Positions 1 to 9,089 of a stretch of DNA of 62,345 nucleotides are shown here, one piece after another. The number at the start of each line of letters is the position of its first letter. Positions within the stretch are counted from its first letter, which is position 1. Below the pieces are notes generated by a model. That model was not told the DNA's origin and searched no databases. It saw nothing but the letters and a program-made list of their open reading frames with translations. The stretch comes from a virus (taxonomy: Duplodnaviria > Caudoviricetes), in IMG/VR virus record IMGVR_UViG_3300042509_002518, positions 1 through 62,345 of that record; one strand, written 5' to 3'. A program made the position numbers and the translations under genes.

Positions 1-127
1 GCGTGGCGCGGGTCGATGTCCGGCAACGGCGGCAGCTGATCAGTCTTCCGCTCGTAGATCGTCGCCAGCACATCAGACAGGCTCGGCTTCCACTTGCTGT
101 TCGCCAGCGCTTTCGATACCCCCAGAT
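1..127. repeat. 127-bp terminal direct repeat (copy 1), assembly circularity overlap
   Basis: Identical to 62219-62345. Confidence 0.97.
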
Positions 128-272
128 CCCAGAGTTCCTGTGTGATCGATGGTGCTGCCTGCAGCAGCGCCTGATAGGCGAAGGTGCAACCCATGGCGTT
201 GGCGGTGCGGCCGTAGTAAGCGCAGAGCGCTTCTTCCACCTGGGCGAAATGCTCGAAGGTCAGCGCGGTCAT
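1..272 (-). CDS. 5' part of junction-spanning gene; putative helicase loader/inhibitor (SPP1 G39P-like)
   Basis: ATG at 272 overlaps the stop of the initiator gene (ATGA). It reads MTALTFEHF...SKWKPSLSDVLATIYERK and continues in frame into 62218-61927 (187 aa in total). The SKWKPSLSDV segment and the position after the initiator fit a loader. Confidence 0.6.
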   Translation of the reverse strand, partial: MTALTFEHFAQVEEALCAYYGRTANAMGCTFAYQALLQAAPSITQELWDLGVSKALANSKWKPSLSDVLATIYERKTDQLPPLPDIDPRH

Positions 273-1348
273 TGGATGAGTCCCATGGAGCGAAGTTCTT
301 GGGTCAGTGATGGCTTGGCCGCTGGTCCACGTCCAGACGCGGATGGCGCAGGCTCATGCAAACCCTGGTAGCCACCGATCACCGCCTTTTCCAGGATCTG
401 TTCCTGTTCGGCGCGGTTGTGGCGCCGCAGCAGGCTGCAGGCGCGATTGAAGGCTGCCTCTGAGCGCCCGCGGGCTTTGACCGACCACCATTCGCGCAGC
501 AGCTGCTGCACGGGCAGCAGGTCATCAGGGACGGCGTGCTCGGGCAGATGCCTTGCGCTGTAGGGGTCCTTGGGCTTCGGCGGCGCCTTCTGCTGGGCTG
601 CGGGCTGCTCCAGCGGGGCCGGTTGTGGTTGGTGGCCGTTCTGCGGGCCTGCAGGGCCGTTCTGAGGGGCTGGGGGGCATGGATGGCCGCTGGAGGCATC
701 GGAGGCGGCTTCCTGGGGCTGCTGGAGGCCACTCCGGGGCCGTGGCTGTTCAGACACCGATCCGTCCACATCCAGACGGCCATCACCGGCGACCGAAGGG
801 AGCGATCCCCCCAGCGGGGGGATGGAGGGGGGTTCTTTGGTTTTGGTTTTAGTTTCTAGTTTACTTAGATCTAGATTCCGTCTACCTGGTAGACGGGGGT
901 CATCTACCTGGTAGAGGGTGGGGTCTACCTGGTAGACGGGGGGTGCTGGAGGTGCATCCGCTGCACCATGGGCCTGGTCGGCTTGGTCTGTCTCACGGCG
1001 AGGCCGCTTGATGTTCTGCGGTGCCTCATAGTTCCAGATCTGCAATTCGTACCGGCTTGAAGTGCGTGATCCGTTCTCGAGCTTCCTTGGAATGCGCTTC
1101 AGGTAGCCATTGGCCTCAAGCTCGGCCAGGATCTTGAAGATCTTTGCCCTGCTCAAGCCGCTTTCCTTCTGCAACCTGGCGATCGAAGGGTGTGCATCGG
1201 GCTGGTAGCTCTGGATCAGCCAGAGAATGGCGATCGAAAAGCCATCAATCTCTCCCCTGATCCACAGCGGCAGGGAAGCAAAGGATTCTTTCTGGCCGTT
1301 GAGGTCAGGTTTGGGACCCATCGGCTCGTGGTGCTGCTGGTAGCTCAT
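269..1348 (-). CDS. Phage replication initiator (lambda O-like architecture, N-terminal winged HTH)
   Basis: PSIARLQKESGLSRAKIFKILAELEANGYL HTH; internal iterons plus AT-rich tract; low-complexity linker. Confidence 0.8.
   Translation of the reverse strand: MSYQQHHEPMGPKPDLNGQKESFASLPLWIRGEIDGFSIAILWLIQSYQPDAHPSIARLQKESGLSRAKIFKILAELEANGYLKRIPRKLENGSRTSSRYELQIWNYEAPQNIKRPRRETDQADQAHGAADAPPAPPVYQVDPTLYQVDDPRLPGRRNLDLSKLETKTKTKEPPSIPPLGGSLPSVAGDGRLDVDGSVSEQPRPRSGLQQPQEAASDASSGHPCPPAPQNGPAGPQNGHQPQPAPLEQPAAQQKAPPKPKDPYSARHLPEHAVPDDLLPVQQLLREWWSVKARGRSEAAFNRACSLLRRHNRAEQEQILEKAVIGGYQGLHEPAPSASGRGPAAKPSLTQELRSMGLIQ
834..940. promoter_or_regulatory. Putative replication origin: three palindromic iterons TCTACCTGGTAGA and an adjacent AT-rich tract
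   Basis: Copies start at 881, 903 and 924; AT-rich stretch at about 834-877; all inside the initiator gene. Confidence 0.8.
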
Positions 1349-1656
1349 GCCGACTGCTCCTTTTGCGTGGGCATGTCGTCCCCCCAGATGTGGAGGATGT
1401 ACTTGTTGCAGGAACTGCTGCCGTAGTGATCTGTCTGCTTGACCCGCTCCAGCAATCCTCGATCCTCAAGGCGCGACAAGACCTCAAAGACCTTGGTCCG
1501 AGACATCCCTGCTGCAGATTGGATCCACCGTATAGACGGCGACGCCAAGGGCGGGCAGGACTGCAAGGCGAAGAGCACAGCCAGCTCGTAAGCGTCCACC
1601 TGGCCCCGAAGCCAGGTCGGCAGAGCAGTGACGTGGTTACCGGACATCGAAATCAA
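1345..1656 (-). CDS. Winged-HTH protein, paralog of the initiator N-terminal domain
   Basis: LPTWLRGQVD...PSIRWIQSAAGMSRTKVFEVLSRLEDRGLL aligns with the initiator N-terminus. Confidence 0.75.
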   Translation of the reverse strand: MISMSGNHVTALPTWLRGQVDAYELAVLFALQSCPPLASPSIRWIQSAAGMSRTKVFEVLSRLEDRGLLERVKQTDHYGSSSCNKYILHIWGDDMPTQKEQSA

Positions 1657-2038
1657 GCCTCCTGATAGGGCGTTTGCGAATGGGTTGTTGCATTGGTTCC
1701 CGGCCTGCGCTGCTTGGCCGGTTGGGGCGGTTGAGCCTGCCGTCCACCTTCACATCGCCGAAGCGCTCCCGCGCCCCAGTGAGACGGAACGTTTCTTCCA
1801 CCAGCGCGCCACCCGGCTCGCGCCGTTGCCGCCAGTAGATCAGCTCCTTGTTCCGCAGTTCCCGCAGCAGGCGCCGCGTCAGCACCTGCCCGTTCCGGGA
1901 GGCTGCGATCAACACAGCCTCCGTGAGGTTTTCCTCCCCGTGGGCCAGCAGGAACAGCAGAAGGCCCTTGGCCCCCCACGACAGCGCCGGGTCCTCGATG
2001 ATGGCCAGAGGAACCGACGCCTGCGCGTTCTCCGGCAT
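1637..2038 (-). CDS. HTH domain protein (replication-associated type)
   Basis: IIEDPALSWGAKGLLLFLL motif typical of phage HTH initiator-like domains. Confidence 0.6.
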   Translation of the reverse strand: MPENAQASVPLAIIEDPALSWGAKGLLLFLLAHGEENLTEAVLIAASRNGQVLTRRLLRELRNKELIYWRQRREPGGALVEETFRLTGARERFGDVKVDGRLNRPNRPSSAGREPMQQPIRKRPIRRLDFDVR

Positions 2039-2042
2039 CGGC

Positions 2043-2297
2043 TCAGTCCTGGGCGCCGCTGGCCCCCAGCTCCTGCACCAGGAGAGCAATCAGCTCCTGG
2101 GCCTTGAGCAGGTGCAGCTCAGCCTCCAGGGCAAGGGTGCGATGGCGGCGCTGCAGCGGATGGCGGGTGATGTCCTCCAGATAGACCAGCAGGTCAGCAG
2201 CCGCAGCGCTGAGGGGATCGTCGTTGCCCAGGTCACGGGCAATCTGTGCAGCAGTCAGTTGAAGCTCATCGACAGCTTGGTCGTCCAAACGAGCCAT
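2043..2297 (-). CDS. Hypothetical protein
   Basis: First gene of the leftward operon; TATGAT -10 candidate upstream at 2340-2345 (minus). Confidence 0.55.
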   Translation of the reverse strand: MARLDDQAVDELQLTAAQIARDLGNDDPLSAAAADLLVYLEDITRHPLQRRHRTLALEAELHLLKAQELIALLVQELGASGAQD

Positions 2298-2749
2298 GGT
2301 TCTTACGTGACGAAGGACACGGGTAACTCCCGTGCAGACATCATAACCCTCCCCGTCCGCTTTGGCGACCGGGTCGGTTATGGCACGTGTGCGGCTTCAC
2401 GTGGAACCGTCACTGCCGCTCTTCTTCCCCCCTGCTCACGCCGGGGGTCTTGTATCCGAGCCAACCCGGCCGCAGCAGCCTAACCGGCACTCGACTGGCT
2501 CACAACCCTTGCGGCGCCTACGGTTTCCCGCCTTTCTGGGGTGGTCTGCAGCGGTCTGGTGCTCTGCCGCCTTCAGGAGCGGGGGGTTAAAAGGGGTAAA
2601 CAGGGGTGAAACCCTTGCGCCGCAGTGGTTCTTGGCTGTCGTGAAAGCAGCCCTTTGGGTTCGTGATAACCCCTCATTGCCCGGTTTTAACCCCAGCGGC
2701 TTGCTGATTTACCCCCCGAGGGTTAAAATCCAGGCCTAGACATGGACTT

Positions 2750-3538
2750 TTGGTGGCCGGTCCCGAGCTGTCAGCTGAAAAAAAGCCATGGCAGTTCAGG
2801 CATGGCTACAAGGGCGGGAGGGATGAGACCTTCGCTCAATACGAGCGATTCATCTACTACCTCTCGCTTGGGGCTGGCCGGCGGCAGATGCAGGTGGCGG
2901 CCCACTTCGATGTTTCCAACACCACCATTGCCAAGGCGGTAAAAGCCTTCAACTGGGTTGGCCGTGCCCAGGCATGGGACGACAGCCAGCCATCCGCCGA
3001 GCAGATCCCCGAGCTGCTGGCCGCCGCTGCTGAGCATGGGCGGGTCTTCGATCGCTTTTCCACCCCGGAAGAAGAGGCCGCTGCGGTGGCCGTGGTGCCG
3101 GTCGCTGCGCCACCGCCTGAGCGGCTGGTCTCGCGCGCTGTGCGCATCGAGCGGCTGCGCAACTACTCCGAACAGGTGGGCGAACGCCACATGGCCTGCT
3201 CCCTGGAGATGACTGGCAGCATCCAGCTGATGCAGATGCAGCTGCATCGGTTGCTGACCCGCTGGGCAGACGAAACCGAGGAGCGCGGCTTTGGCGACGT
3301 ACTGGTCTCCAGCCAGCTGGTAGCGGAAACCGTGAGCAAGCTGTCGCGATCGATCGCTTCGATGGCAGCCGGTTCTGCCCAGCTGGCCACTGTCGGCGCC
3401 GAGCGCTGGGGTGCCGCCCTGGGTATCGATGTGGTGATGGGCCAGCTGCAGGACTTCCTGAAGCGGCAGCAGCAGCAGGCTGCAGCCCACCCCGCACCGC
3501 AGGGCCCTGGGCCCGTGGGGCAGGAGGTGCCGCCATGA
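2750..3538 (+). CDS. Putative terminase small subunit (HTH)
   Basis: PW...ETFAQYERFIYYLSLGAGR...FNWVGRAQAWD pattern; first gene of the rightward operon leading to TerL. Confidence 0.55.
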   Translation: MVAGPELSAEKKPWQFRHGYKGGRDETFAQYERFIYYLSLGAGRRQMQVAAHFDVSNTTIAKAVKAFNWVGRAQAWDDSQPSAEQIPELLAAAAEHGRVFDRFSTPEEEAAAVAVVPVAAPPPERLVSRAVRIERLRNYSEQVGERHMACSLEMTGSIQLMQMQLHRLLTRWADETEERGFGDVLVSSQLVAETVSKLSRSIASMAAGSAQLATVGAERWGAALGIDVVMGQLQDFLKRQQQQAAAHPAPQGPGPVGQEVPP

Positions 3539-3590
3539 CCTGAGCCGGTGCATCCTGATCTCGTTCCACCCATCAACCACAACCAGCGAC

Positions 3591-4016
3591 GTGATGATGA
3601 CCAGCCTTGACCTGCCTCCACTGCCGCCGCTTGAGGCGGGCCGGCAGCTGCTGCCCACGATCCATGGCCTGCGCCAGCGCTGCCCGGGCCATGACCGGAC
3701 GATCCTGGACCTGCTCCACCTGCTTGAGCTCGGCCTGGCGCCTGGTGCGGTGAGCACCGCCGGGCTGCTGGCGCTGTGGCGCTGCAGCCAGCCGATGCTG
3801 AGCCGCAGGATGAACGCCCTCGATGGGCTGGGCGTGTTCAAGGTGCGCTCCCGCCATGGCGCCTACGTGGTGACCGATCGTGCTGCAGCGGCCTGGCTCA
3901 CGCCGCAAGCCATCCACGCCCAGATGCAGACTGCCCGGCGTCCAGGGGCAGGCCGTCGCGCTGATCGCTGGGATGCCGCCCGCGCCCGCCTCGCGGCGCT
4001 GGGGGTGGTGGCATGA
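3591..4016 (+). CDS. Hypothetical HTH-like protein
   Basis: WRCSQPMLSRRMNAL segment; operon context. Confidence 0.5.
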   Translation: MMMTSLDLPPLPPLEAGRQLLPTIHGLRQRCPGHDRTILDLLHLLELGLAPGAVSTAGLLALWRCSQPMLSRRMNALDGLGVFKVRSRHGAYVVTDRAAAAWLTPQAIHAQMQTARRPGAGRRADRWDAARARLAALGVVA

Positions 4017-4294
4017 AGGCCGGCGAGATCCTGTGGCAGAGCCCCGAGGGCCAGCGCCCGCAGTGGCGGGTGGTGGTGGCCAAGACCAGCGGCGGCAACA
4101 ACCCGATCCAGCTCCGCTTCCAGTGCCTCGGCCGGCTGATCGGCCTGCGGCGCATCGCCACCTGGCTGCCAACCGTGGCGGCATGGGATGCCCGGGGCTG
4201 GGTGCCGAACGGCGACGACCGCCGCGTGCCGAGCGCTGTGGTGCAGGCCGTGGAGGCTGCACTGAAGCGGCCGCGGGTGGAGGTGGAGCGATGA
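4013..4294 (+). CDS. Hypothetical protein
   Basis: ATGA overlaps with both neighbours. Confidence 0.6.
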   Translation: MKAGEILWQSPEGQRPQWRVVVAKTSGGNNPIQLRFQCLGRLIGLRRIATWLPTVAAWDARGWVPNGDDRRVPSAVVQAVEAALKRPRVEVER

Positions 4295-4773
4295 CGCGCG
4301 AACGCACGCAGGACGAAAAGGAGCAGATCGTGCGGGCGGTGCTCAGCAGGGGCAGCCACTACACCCACCAGGCGATCGCGAAGGAGCTTGGGGTCTCGCG
4401 GGAGTACGTGCGGCAGATCAGGATCGGCCATGTGCTGGCCAAGGTGCTGCCCGAGCTGCCCCGCGAGGATCCGCAGGCCCGCACGCAGCGCTGCACCGGC
4501 TGCCGCATGTTCGAGCCCGGGCAGTGGCAGTGCTCACTGGGGATTCCAGAGAGCATCGGCCCGGATGGGATGTTGCAGAACCGCTATGCAATCGAATGCT
4601 CCAGTTACCTGGAGGATCCGAATGCAGCATTCTCCGAACAGGAGATCATGCAACGCTCACTTGCGCGGCGCGTGGCTGACATGCGGCGGGAAGGACTGAA
4701 CCGCAAGCAGATCTGCGCGGTGTTGCGGATCAGCCATGAGAAGTACACATTCGCCCTGAGGCAACATGCTTAA
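4291..4773 (+). CDS. HTH plus Cys-rich protein
   Basis: THQAIAKELGVSREYVRQI HTH; CxxC...C...C. Confidence 0.6.
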   Translation: MTRERTQDEKEQIVRAVLSRGSHYTHQAIAKELGVSREYVRQIRIGHVLAKVLPELPREDPQARTQRCTGCRMFEPGQWQCSLGIPESIGPDGMLQNRYAIECSSYLEDPNAAFSEQEIMQRSLARRVADMRREGLNRKQICAVLRISHEKYTFALRQHA

Positions 4774-5380
4774 GAACGATCGCTGGATTAAAGAACAGGC
4801 CGCGAAGGGCATGATCAGCCCGTTTGTGCCGGGGCTGGTGCGGCGCATCGAGCACGGTGCGACTGCTGACGGTTCGTCCATCCTCTCGATTCCCGCCCTG
4901 TCCTTCGGCTGCAGCTCCTATGGCTATGACATCCGGCTGTCGCCTGCGGACTTCAGGATCTTCCGCCATGTGCCGGGGCTGATCAATGACCCCAAGGCCT
5001 TCGATGGCCGGTGCCTGGAGCCGGCAGAGCTGCACCAGAGCCTGGCTGGCGACTACTTCATCCTGCCGGCCCACTCCTACGGCCTGGGGGTGGCCCTGGA
5101 GCGGCTGCGGGTGCCGCCGAACATCACCGTGATCTGCCTGGGCAAGAGCACCTACGCCCGCCTAGGTATCGTGGTGAACATGACCCCCGCTGAGGCCAGC
5201 TGGGAGGGTCACCTCACGCTGGAGTTCAGCAACAGCAGCGGCGCAGACTGCCGCATCTACGCCAACGAAGGCATCTGCCAGCTGCTGTTCTTCGAGGGTG
5301 AGCCATGCGAGACCACCTACCAGGACCGCGCGGGCAAGTATCAGGGCCAGCCGGAAGCCGTGATCGCAGCGAGGGTGTGA
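4766..5380 (+). CDS. dcd: dCTP deaminase
   Basis: SFGCSSYGYDIRL, GKSTYARLG, EGHLTLE, YANEGICQLLF, YQDRAGKYQGQ motifs. Confidence 0.95.
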   Translation: MLKNDRWIKEQAAKGMISPFVPGLVRRIEHGATADGSSILSIPALSFGCSSYGYDIRLSPADFRIFRHVPGLINDPKAFDGRCLEPAELHQSLAGDYFILPAHSYGLGVALERLRVPPNITVICLGKSTYARLGIVVNMTPAEASWEGHLTLEFSNSSGADCRIYANEGICQLLFFEGEPCETTYQDRAGKYQGQPEAVIAARV

Positions 5381-5619
5381 TGGGACCGCAGATCATCTAC
5401 CAGGGCGAAGGCTGGACTGTCACGCAGGATCCGACCATGGCCGGCCGCCCGGACCTGGTGCGATTCCACCGCAACAACGGCCAGCGCAAGCTGCTCGATC
5501 AGGTCGCCCAATGGAACGGCATTGCCTGGGCAGTTCATCGATGGATGCCGAAGCTGCCGACCGTGCCGCAGTGGCTGATCGACAAGGTGGTGGCCCACCT
5601 GCGGGAGGTGCAGCCATGA
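5380..5619 (+). CDS. Hypothetical protein
   Basis: Overlapping start/stop chain. Confidence 0.55.
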   Translation: MGPQIIYQGEGWTVTQDPTMAGRPDLVRFHRNNGQRKLLDQVAQWNGIAWAVHRWMPKLPTVPQWLIDKVVAHLREVQP

Positions 5620-5852
5620 CCTTTTCCATCGGGGCCCTGCAGCGGCTCATCGCAGCGCTGCAATTGCCCAGCAACACCACAGAGATCACGATCAACATCT
5701 CTGCCGATGGGATCCCAGAGATGACCGTTCGGCAGCTGCTCACTGATGAGCAGATCAACAGCCTGGCCGAGTGGTATGTCACCGAGGGAATTGATCGGAT
5801 TCAGTACGGCGACACGACTTACACGCTGTGGGAGCGGGGGGAGGTGGCCTGA
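5616..5852 (+). CDS. Hypothetical protein
   Basis: ATGA overlap. Confidence 0.55.
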   Translation: MTFSIGALQRLIAALQLPSNTTEITINISADGIPEMTVRQLLTDEQINSLAEWYVTEGIDRIQYGDTTYTLWERGEVA

Positions 5853-7285
5853 TGCTGAACCCGGACTTTTTTCCAACGCCTGAGGTGGTGGCCGCTACCA
5901 TGCTCGATCCAATCGATCTCCGCGGCCGCACCGTCCTGGAGCCCAGCGCCGGCAGCGGCAACCTGGTGCAGGCCTGCCTCGAGCGCGGCGCTGCCGAGGT
6001 GCTGTGGTGTGAGACCGAGCCCCAGCTGCAGGCGATCCTCACCAGCATCACGGGCGCCATGCCGACCCATCGCTATGGCGACTTCCTGCAGGTTCACCCG
6101 GCCGATGTGTCGCACATCGATGCCATCGTGATGAACCCACCGTTCAGCGCTGATGAGGCCCACATCCTGCACGCCTGGGCCATCGCGCCACCCGGCTGCG
6201 AGATCGTGGCCCTGTGCAACTGGAACTCGATCAGCGGCCACTACCGGGGCCTCCAGCTCCAGCTGGCGAAGCTGATCGATGCCTACGGCAGCAAGGAGGC
6301 CCTCGGCGAGTGCTTCGCCGATGCTGAGCGCCCCACCCGGGTGAGCGTGGGCCTGGTGCGGCTGACGAAGCCCGGCACCAAGCCCGGCGGTGACGAGTTC
6401 GACGGGTTCTTCCTCGGCCCCGACGACATCGAAGCCCAGGGCGAGGGGATCATCCCCTACCGCCGCAGCCGCGACATCGTGCAGCGCTACATCGAGGCCT
6501 GCAAGATCTTCGATGAGCAGGTGGCGGCTGGCGTGCGGCTGCGCAACGTGCTGGACGGGTTCTTCGGCAAGGACCTCGGCCTGCAGGTGACGATCGAGGG
6601 CCAGGCGGTCACCCGCAACCGCTTCCGCAAGGACTTGCAGAAGCAGGCCTGGCAGCACGTCTGCAACGAGTTCCTGCCGGAGCGGATGGCCACCAGCCAG
6701 CTGGCGAAGGACATCAACAGGTTCGTGGAGGATCAGACGAAGATCCCCTTCACCGAGCGGAACATCTACCGGATGCTCCAGATCGTGGCCGGCACGCAGG
6801 AGCAGCGGGTGGATCGTGCTGTCGAGGAAGCGATCGACAGCCTGACCATGTTCACCAAGGAGAACCGCTACGGCGTGGAGGGCTGGGCGACGAACAGCGG
6901 CTACATGCTGAACCAGCGCTTCATCCGCCCGAGCATGGCCGAGCTGGCCTACAGCGACCCGCGAAAGGTGCGGCTGCAGACCTATGGCGGGCAGTGGGAT
7001 GAGATTCAGGACCTGATCAAAGCCCTGTGTTTCATCACCGGCCGCCCCATCGAGGAAGTGCGCACACCGGAGCGGATCAACGAGAACCAGTATTGGCCAG
7101 GCGACTGGTACGACTGGGGCTTCTTCCTGTTCCGCCCTTACAAGAAGGGCACGGTGCACTTCGAGTTCAAGGACCGCGAGGTGTGGGCAGCGCTGAACGC
7201 CCGCTACGCCCGCATCAAGGGCCAGGTACTGCCGGAGAACCTGCAGCGCAAGCCCCGCGCACGGCGGCAGCCGGCTGCTGCCTGA
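5852..7285 (+). CDS. Amino (N6A/N4C) DNA methyltransferase with DUF4942-like C-terminus
   Basis: DFFPTP, VLEPSAGSGNL (motif I), IVMNPPF (motif IV); C-terminal FFLFRPYKKGTVHFEF. Confidence 0.85.
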   Translation: MLNPDFFPTPEVVAATMLDPIDLRGRTVLEPSAGSGNLVQACLERGAAEVLWCETEPQLQAILTSITGAMPTHRYGDFLQVHPADVSHIDAIVMNPPFSADEAHILHAWAIAPPGCEIVALCNWNSISGHYRGLQLQLAKLIDAYGSKEALGECFADAERPTRVSVGLVRLTKPGTKPGGDEFDGFFLGPDDIEAQGEGIIPYRRSRDIVQRYIEACKIFDEQVAAGVRLRNVLDGFFGKDLGLQVTIEGQAVTRNRFRKDLQKQAWQHVCNEFLPERMATSQLAKDINRFVEDQTKIPFTERNIYRMLQIVAGTQEQRVDRAVEEAIDSLTMFTKENRYGVEGWATNSGYMLNQRFIRPSMAELAYSDPRKVRLQTYGGQWDEIQDLIKALCFITGRPIEEVRTPERINENQYWPGDWYDWGFFLFRPYKKGTVHFEFKDREVWAALNARYARIKGQVLPENLQRKPRARRQPAAA

Positions 7286-7314
7286 TTATCTCGTTCAACT
7301 GCATTCACATTCTC

Positions 7315-7620
7315 ATGTCCAACAACATCAATGAAATCCTGTCTGAGCGTGGCAGCAGATACGGTGTATTCACCGGCCATGCGCGCATCACCCAGGCGCT
7401 GAAGCGAGTAATTGGTGAGCACACCCCATTGGGTCGGACACGCGATGACGGCAGCCATGGCAGCCACTTGGCGCCAGATCAGCAAGAGGCCCTCGACATG
7501 ATCTGCCACAAGATCGGAAGGATCATCAACGGCGACCCGGACTACGCCGACAGCTGGCAGGACATCGCTGGGTATGCGCAACTGGTGGCCAATCGCCTCA
7601 TTGGCGAGGGGGTCCAGTGA
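7315..7620 (+). CDS. DUF6378-like phage protein
   Basis: ERGSRYG...EALDMICHKIGRIINGD...DSWQDIAGYA. Confidence 0.8.
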   Translation: MSNNINEILSERGSRYGVFTGHARITQALKRVIGEHTPLGRTRDDGSHGSHLAPDQQEALDMICHKIGRIINGDPDYADSWQDIAGYAQLVANRLIGEGVQ

Positions 7621-7829
7621 TGCACAAGCCACAGGTGACGCTGACCGAGGTGTCGATCCACCCGCCGGGTGATCTGCTGAACGAAGCTGCGCTGCGGCTG
7701 CAGCTGGCGCCCGAGGGCGACTTCCTGATCCTGCGCCAGGGCGAACAGCAGGTCGAGATCGACGGCGTTGATCTGCCGCTGCTGCTGGAGTGGGGCCAGA
7801 AGCTGCTGGAGGGCCACGCCGATGGCTGA
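7617..7829 (+). CDS. Hypothetical protein
   Basis: Operon context. Confidence 0.5.
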   Translation: MMHKPQVTLTEVSIHPPGDLLNEAALRLQLAPEGDFLILRQGEQQVEIDGVDLPLLLEWGQKLLEGHADG

Positions 7830-8121
7830 TCCACGCATCCCCGGCGAGAACACCCCGGACATGTGGGTGCCGATGCTGCGCCACACCGTGCCTGATCGCG
7901 TGATCCTTGACTGGGTGCACCTGCTGGGCATGTGCTGGATACAGCGCGAGCCGGAATACAGCTCCACCCAGCTGCAGGTGGTCTGGCGCTGCAGCCTCGA
8001 TCAGGCGACCGATCGGATGGCCGCCCTGATTGATCACGACCTGGCCGTGCGAATACCGGGTCCTGACGTGATCAGGATCCGGCCGCACGCTGGCCCGGGC
8101 ACCTTCAACCTCAACCCTTGA
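7822..8121 (+). CDS. Hypothetical HTH-like protein, resembling 3591-4016
   Basis: DRVILDWVHL...VWRCSLDQATDRMAAL versus DRTILDLLHL...LWRCSQPMLSRRMNAL. Confidence 0.55.
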   Translation: MADPRIPGENTPDMWVPMLRHTVPDRVILDWVHLLGMCWIQREPEYSSTQLQVVWRCSLDQATDRMAALIDHDLAVRIPGPDVIRIRPHAGPGTFNLNP

Positions 8122-8136
8122 ACCAATGAGCAGGCG

Positions 8137-8292
8137 CTACTTCCGCTTCTTGCGCTTCACCACCACCTTGCCCTGCTCTTCCTTCACGCTCATCCCGGCG
8201 CGCTCGGTCTGTGCCTTGAGCGATCGCCACTTCTGTTCGGTGGTGAGCTTCTTGGGCTTCGGCCTAGCGGAGTTCTTCACCGCAGATTGCAT
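8137..8292 (-). CDS. 51-aa Lys/Arg-rich protein (absent from the ORF track)
   Basis: MQSAVKNSARPKPKKLTTEQKWRSLKAQTERAGMSVKEEQGKVVVKRKKRK; GGAAAACT motif and GAGG upstream; fills an intergenic gap. Confidence 0.7.
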   Translation of the reverse strand: MQSAVKNSARPKPKKLTTEQKWRSLKAQTERAGMSVKEEQGKVVVKRKKRK

Positions 8293-8322
8293 GGCATCAC
8301 CTCAGTTTTCCCATTGCATCCA

Positions 8323-8586
8323 ATGACCGGCACCTTCTATCCCCCCTCCGCCGGCACCGGCGGCTTCATGCTCGCCAACCCTCCCTTCGCGTCCGCTTCC
8401 GTCCACATGCAGACCCCCACGCCCCAGGATCCAGCCGCAGACCTTGAGGCCGCCTTCCGCGCCTGGTGGGCCGAGAGCTTCCCGGCGGCGCCCCCCGGCC
8501 CGCATGCGGTGCGCACCCATGTGGCCTTCGCTGCCTGGCTGCTGGCGCGGCAGCAGGGCGCCGCAGGGCCGGAGGCCGGTGCATGA
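8323..8586 (+). CDS. Hypothetical protein with MTase-like motifs at the N-terminus
   Basis: YPPSAGTGGF directly followed by MLANPPF. Confidence 0.5.
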   Translation: MTGTFYPPSAGTGGFMLANPPFASASVHMQTPTPQDPAADLEAAFRAWWAESFPAAPPGPHAVRTHVAFAAWLLARQQGAAGPEAGA

Positions 8587-9089
8587 CTGCCACCGACTGG
8601 CCCTGTTGCCCCGCCTGCGACGCCCCGGGCCGGGTGCTCGATTGCAGGATCCGGGAGGGCAGCCGCTGGCGGCGGTTCTTCTGCCTCTCCTGCGCAATGC
8701 GGTGGACGATCTCCTACCCCCTGGATCACAAGCTCTCGCACCGCCGTTTGCAGCCCCGCCTACTGACCGAGGCCCAGGTGGTCGAGGTGCTCACCTCAGA
8801 CACCCCGATCCGCCAGCACGCCCGCGCTTTTGGGGTCAGTCCACGGCTGATCCAGAGCATCAGGACCCGTGAGCGCTACGGCGATGTGCGCCCCGACCTG
8901 CCGGCCTGGCAGGACCGGCCACGGCAGCACCAGCCACCGCCGGGCCCGCCCCCACCGCCGCCGCGGTGCTTCGAGTGCCGCGAATGGCAGGGGGTGGGCA
9001 CAGGCTGCCGGCTCCGCCTGCCGGGCCCTGCCACCACCTGCAGCTCCTACGCCCTCGCCGCTGATGACGACCCCGATGACGACACCTGA
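8583..9089 (+). CDS. Zn-ribbon/HTH protein
   Basis: CPAC...CLSC, HARAFGVSPRLIQSI, CFEC. Confidence 0.55.
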   Translation: MTATDWPCCPACDAPGRVLDCRIREGSRWRRFFCLSCAMRWTISYPLDHKLSHRRLQPRLLTEAQVVEVLTSDTPIRQHARAFGVSPRLIQSIRTRERYGDVRPDLPAWQDRPRQHQPPPGPPPPPPRCFECREWQGVGTGCRLRLPGPATTCSSYALAADDDPDDDT

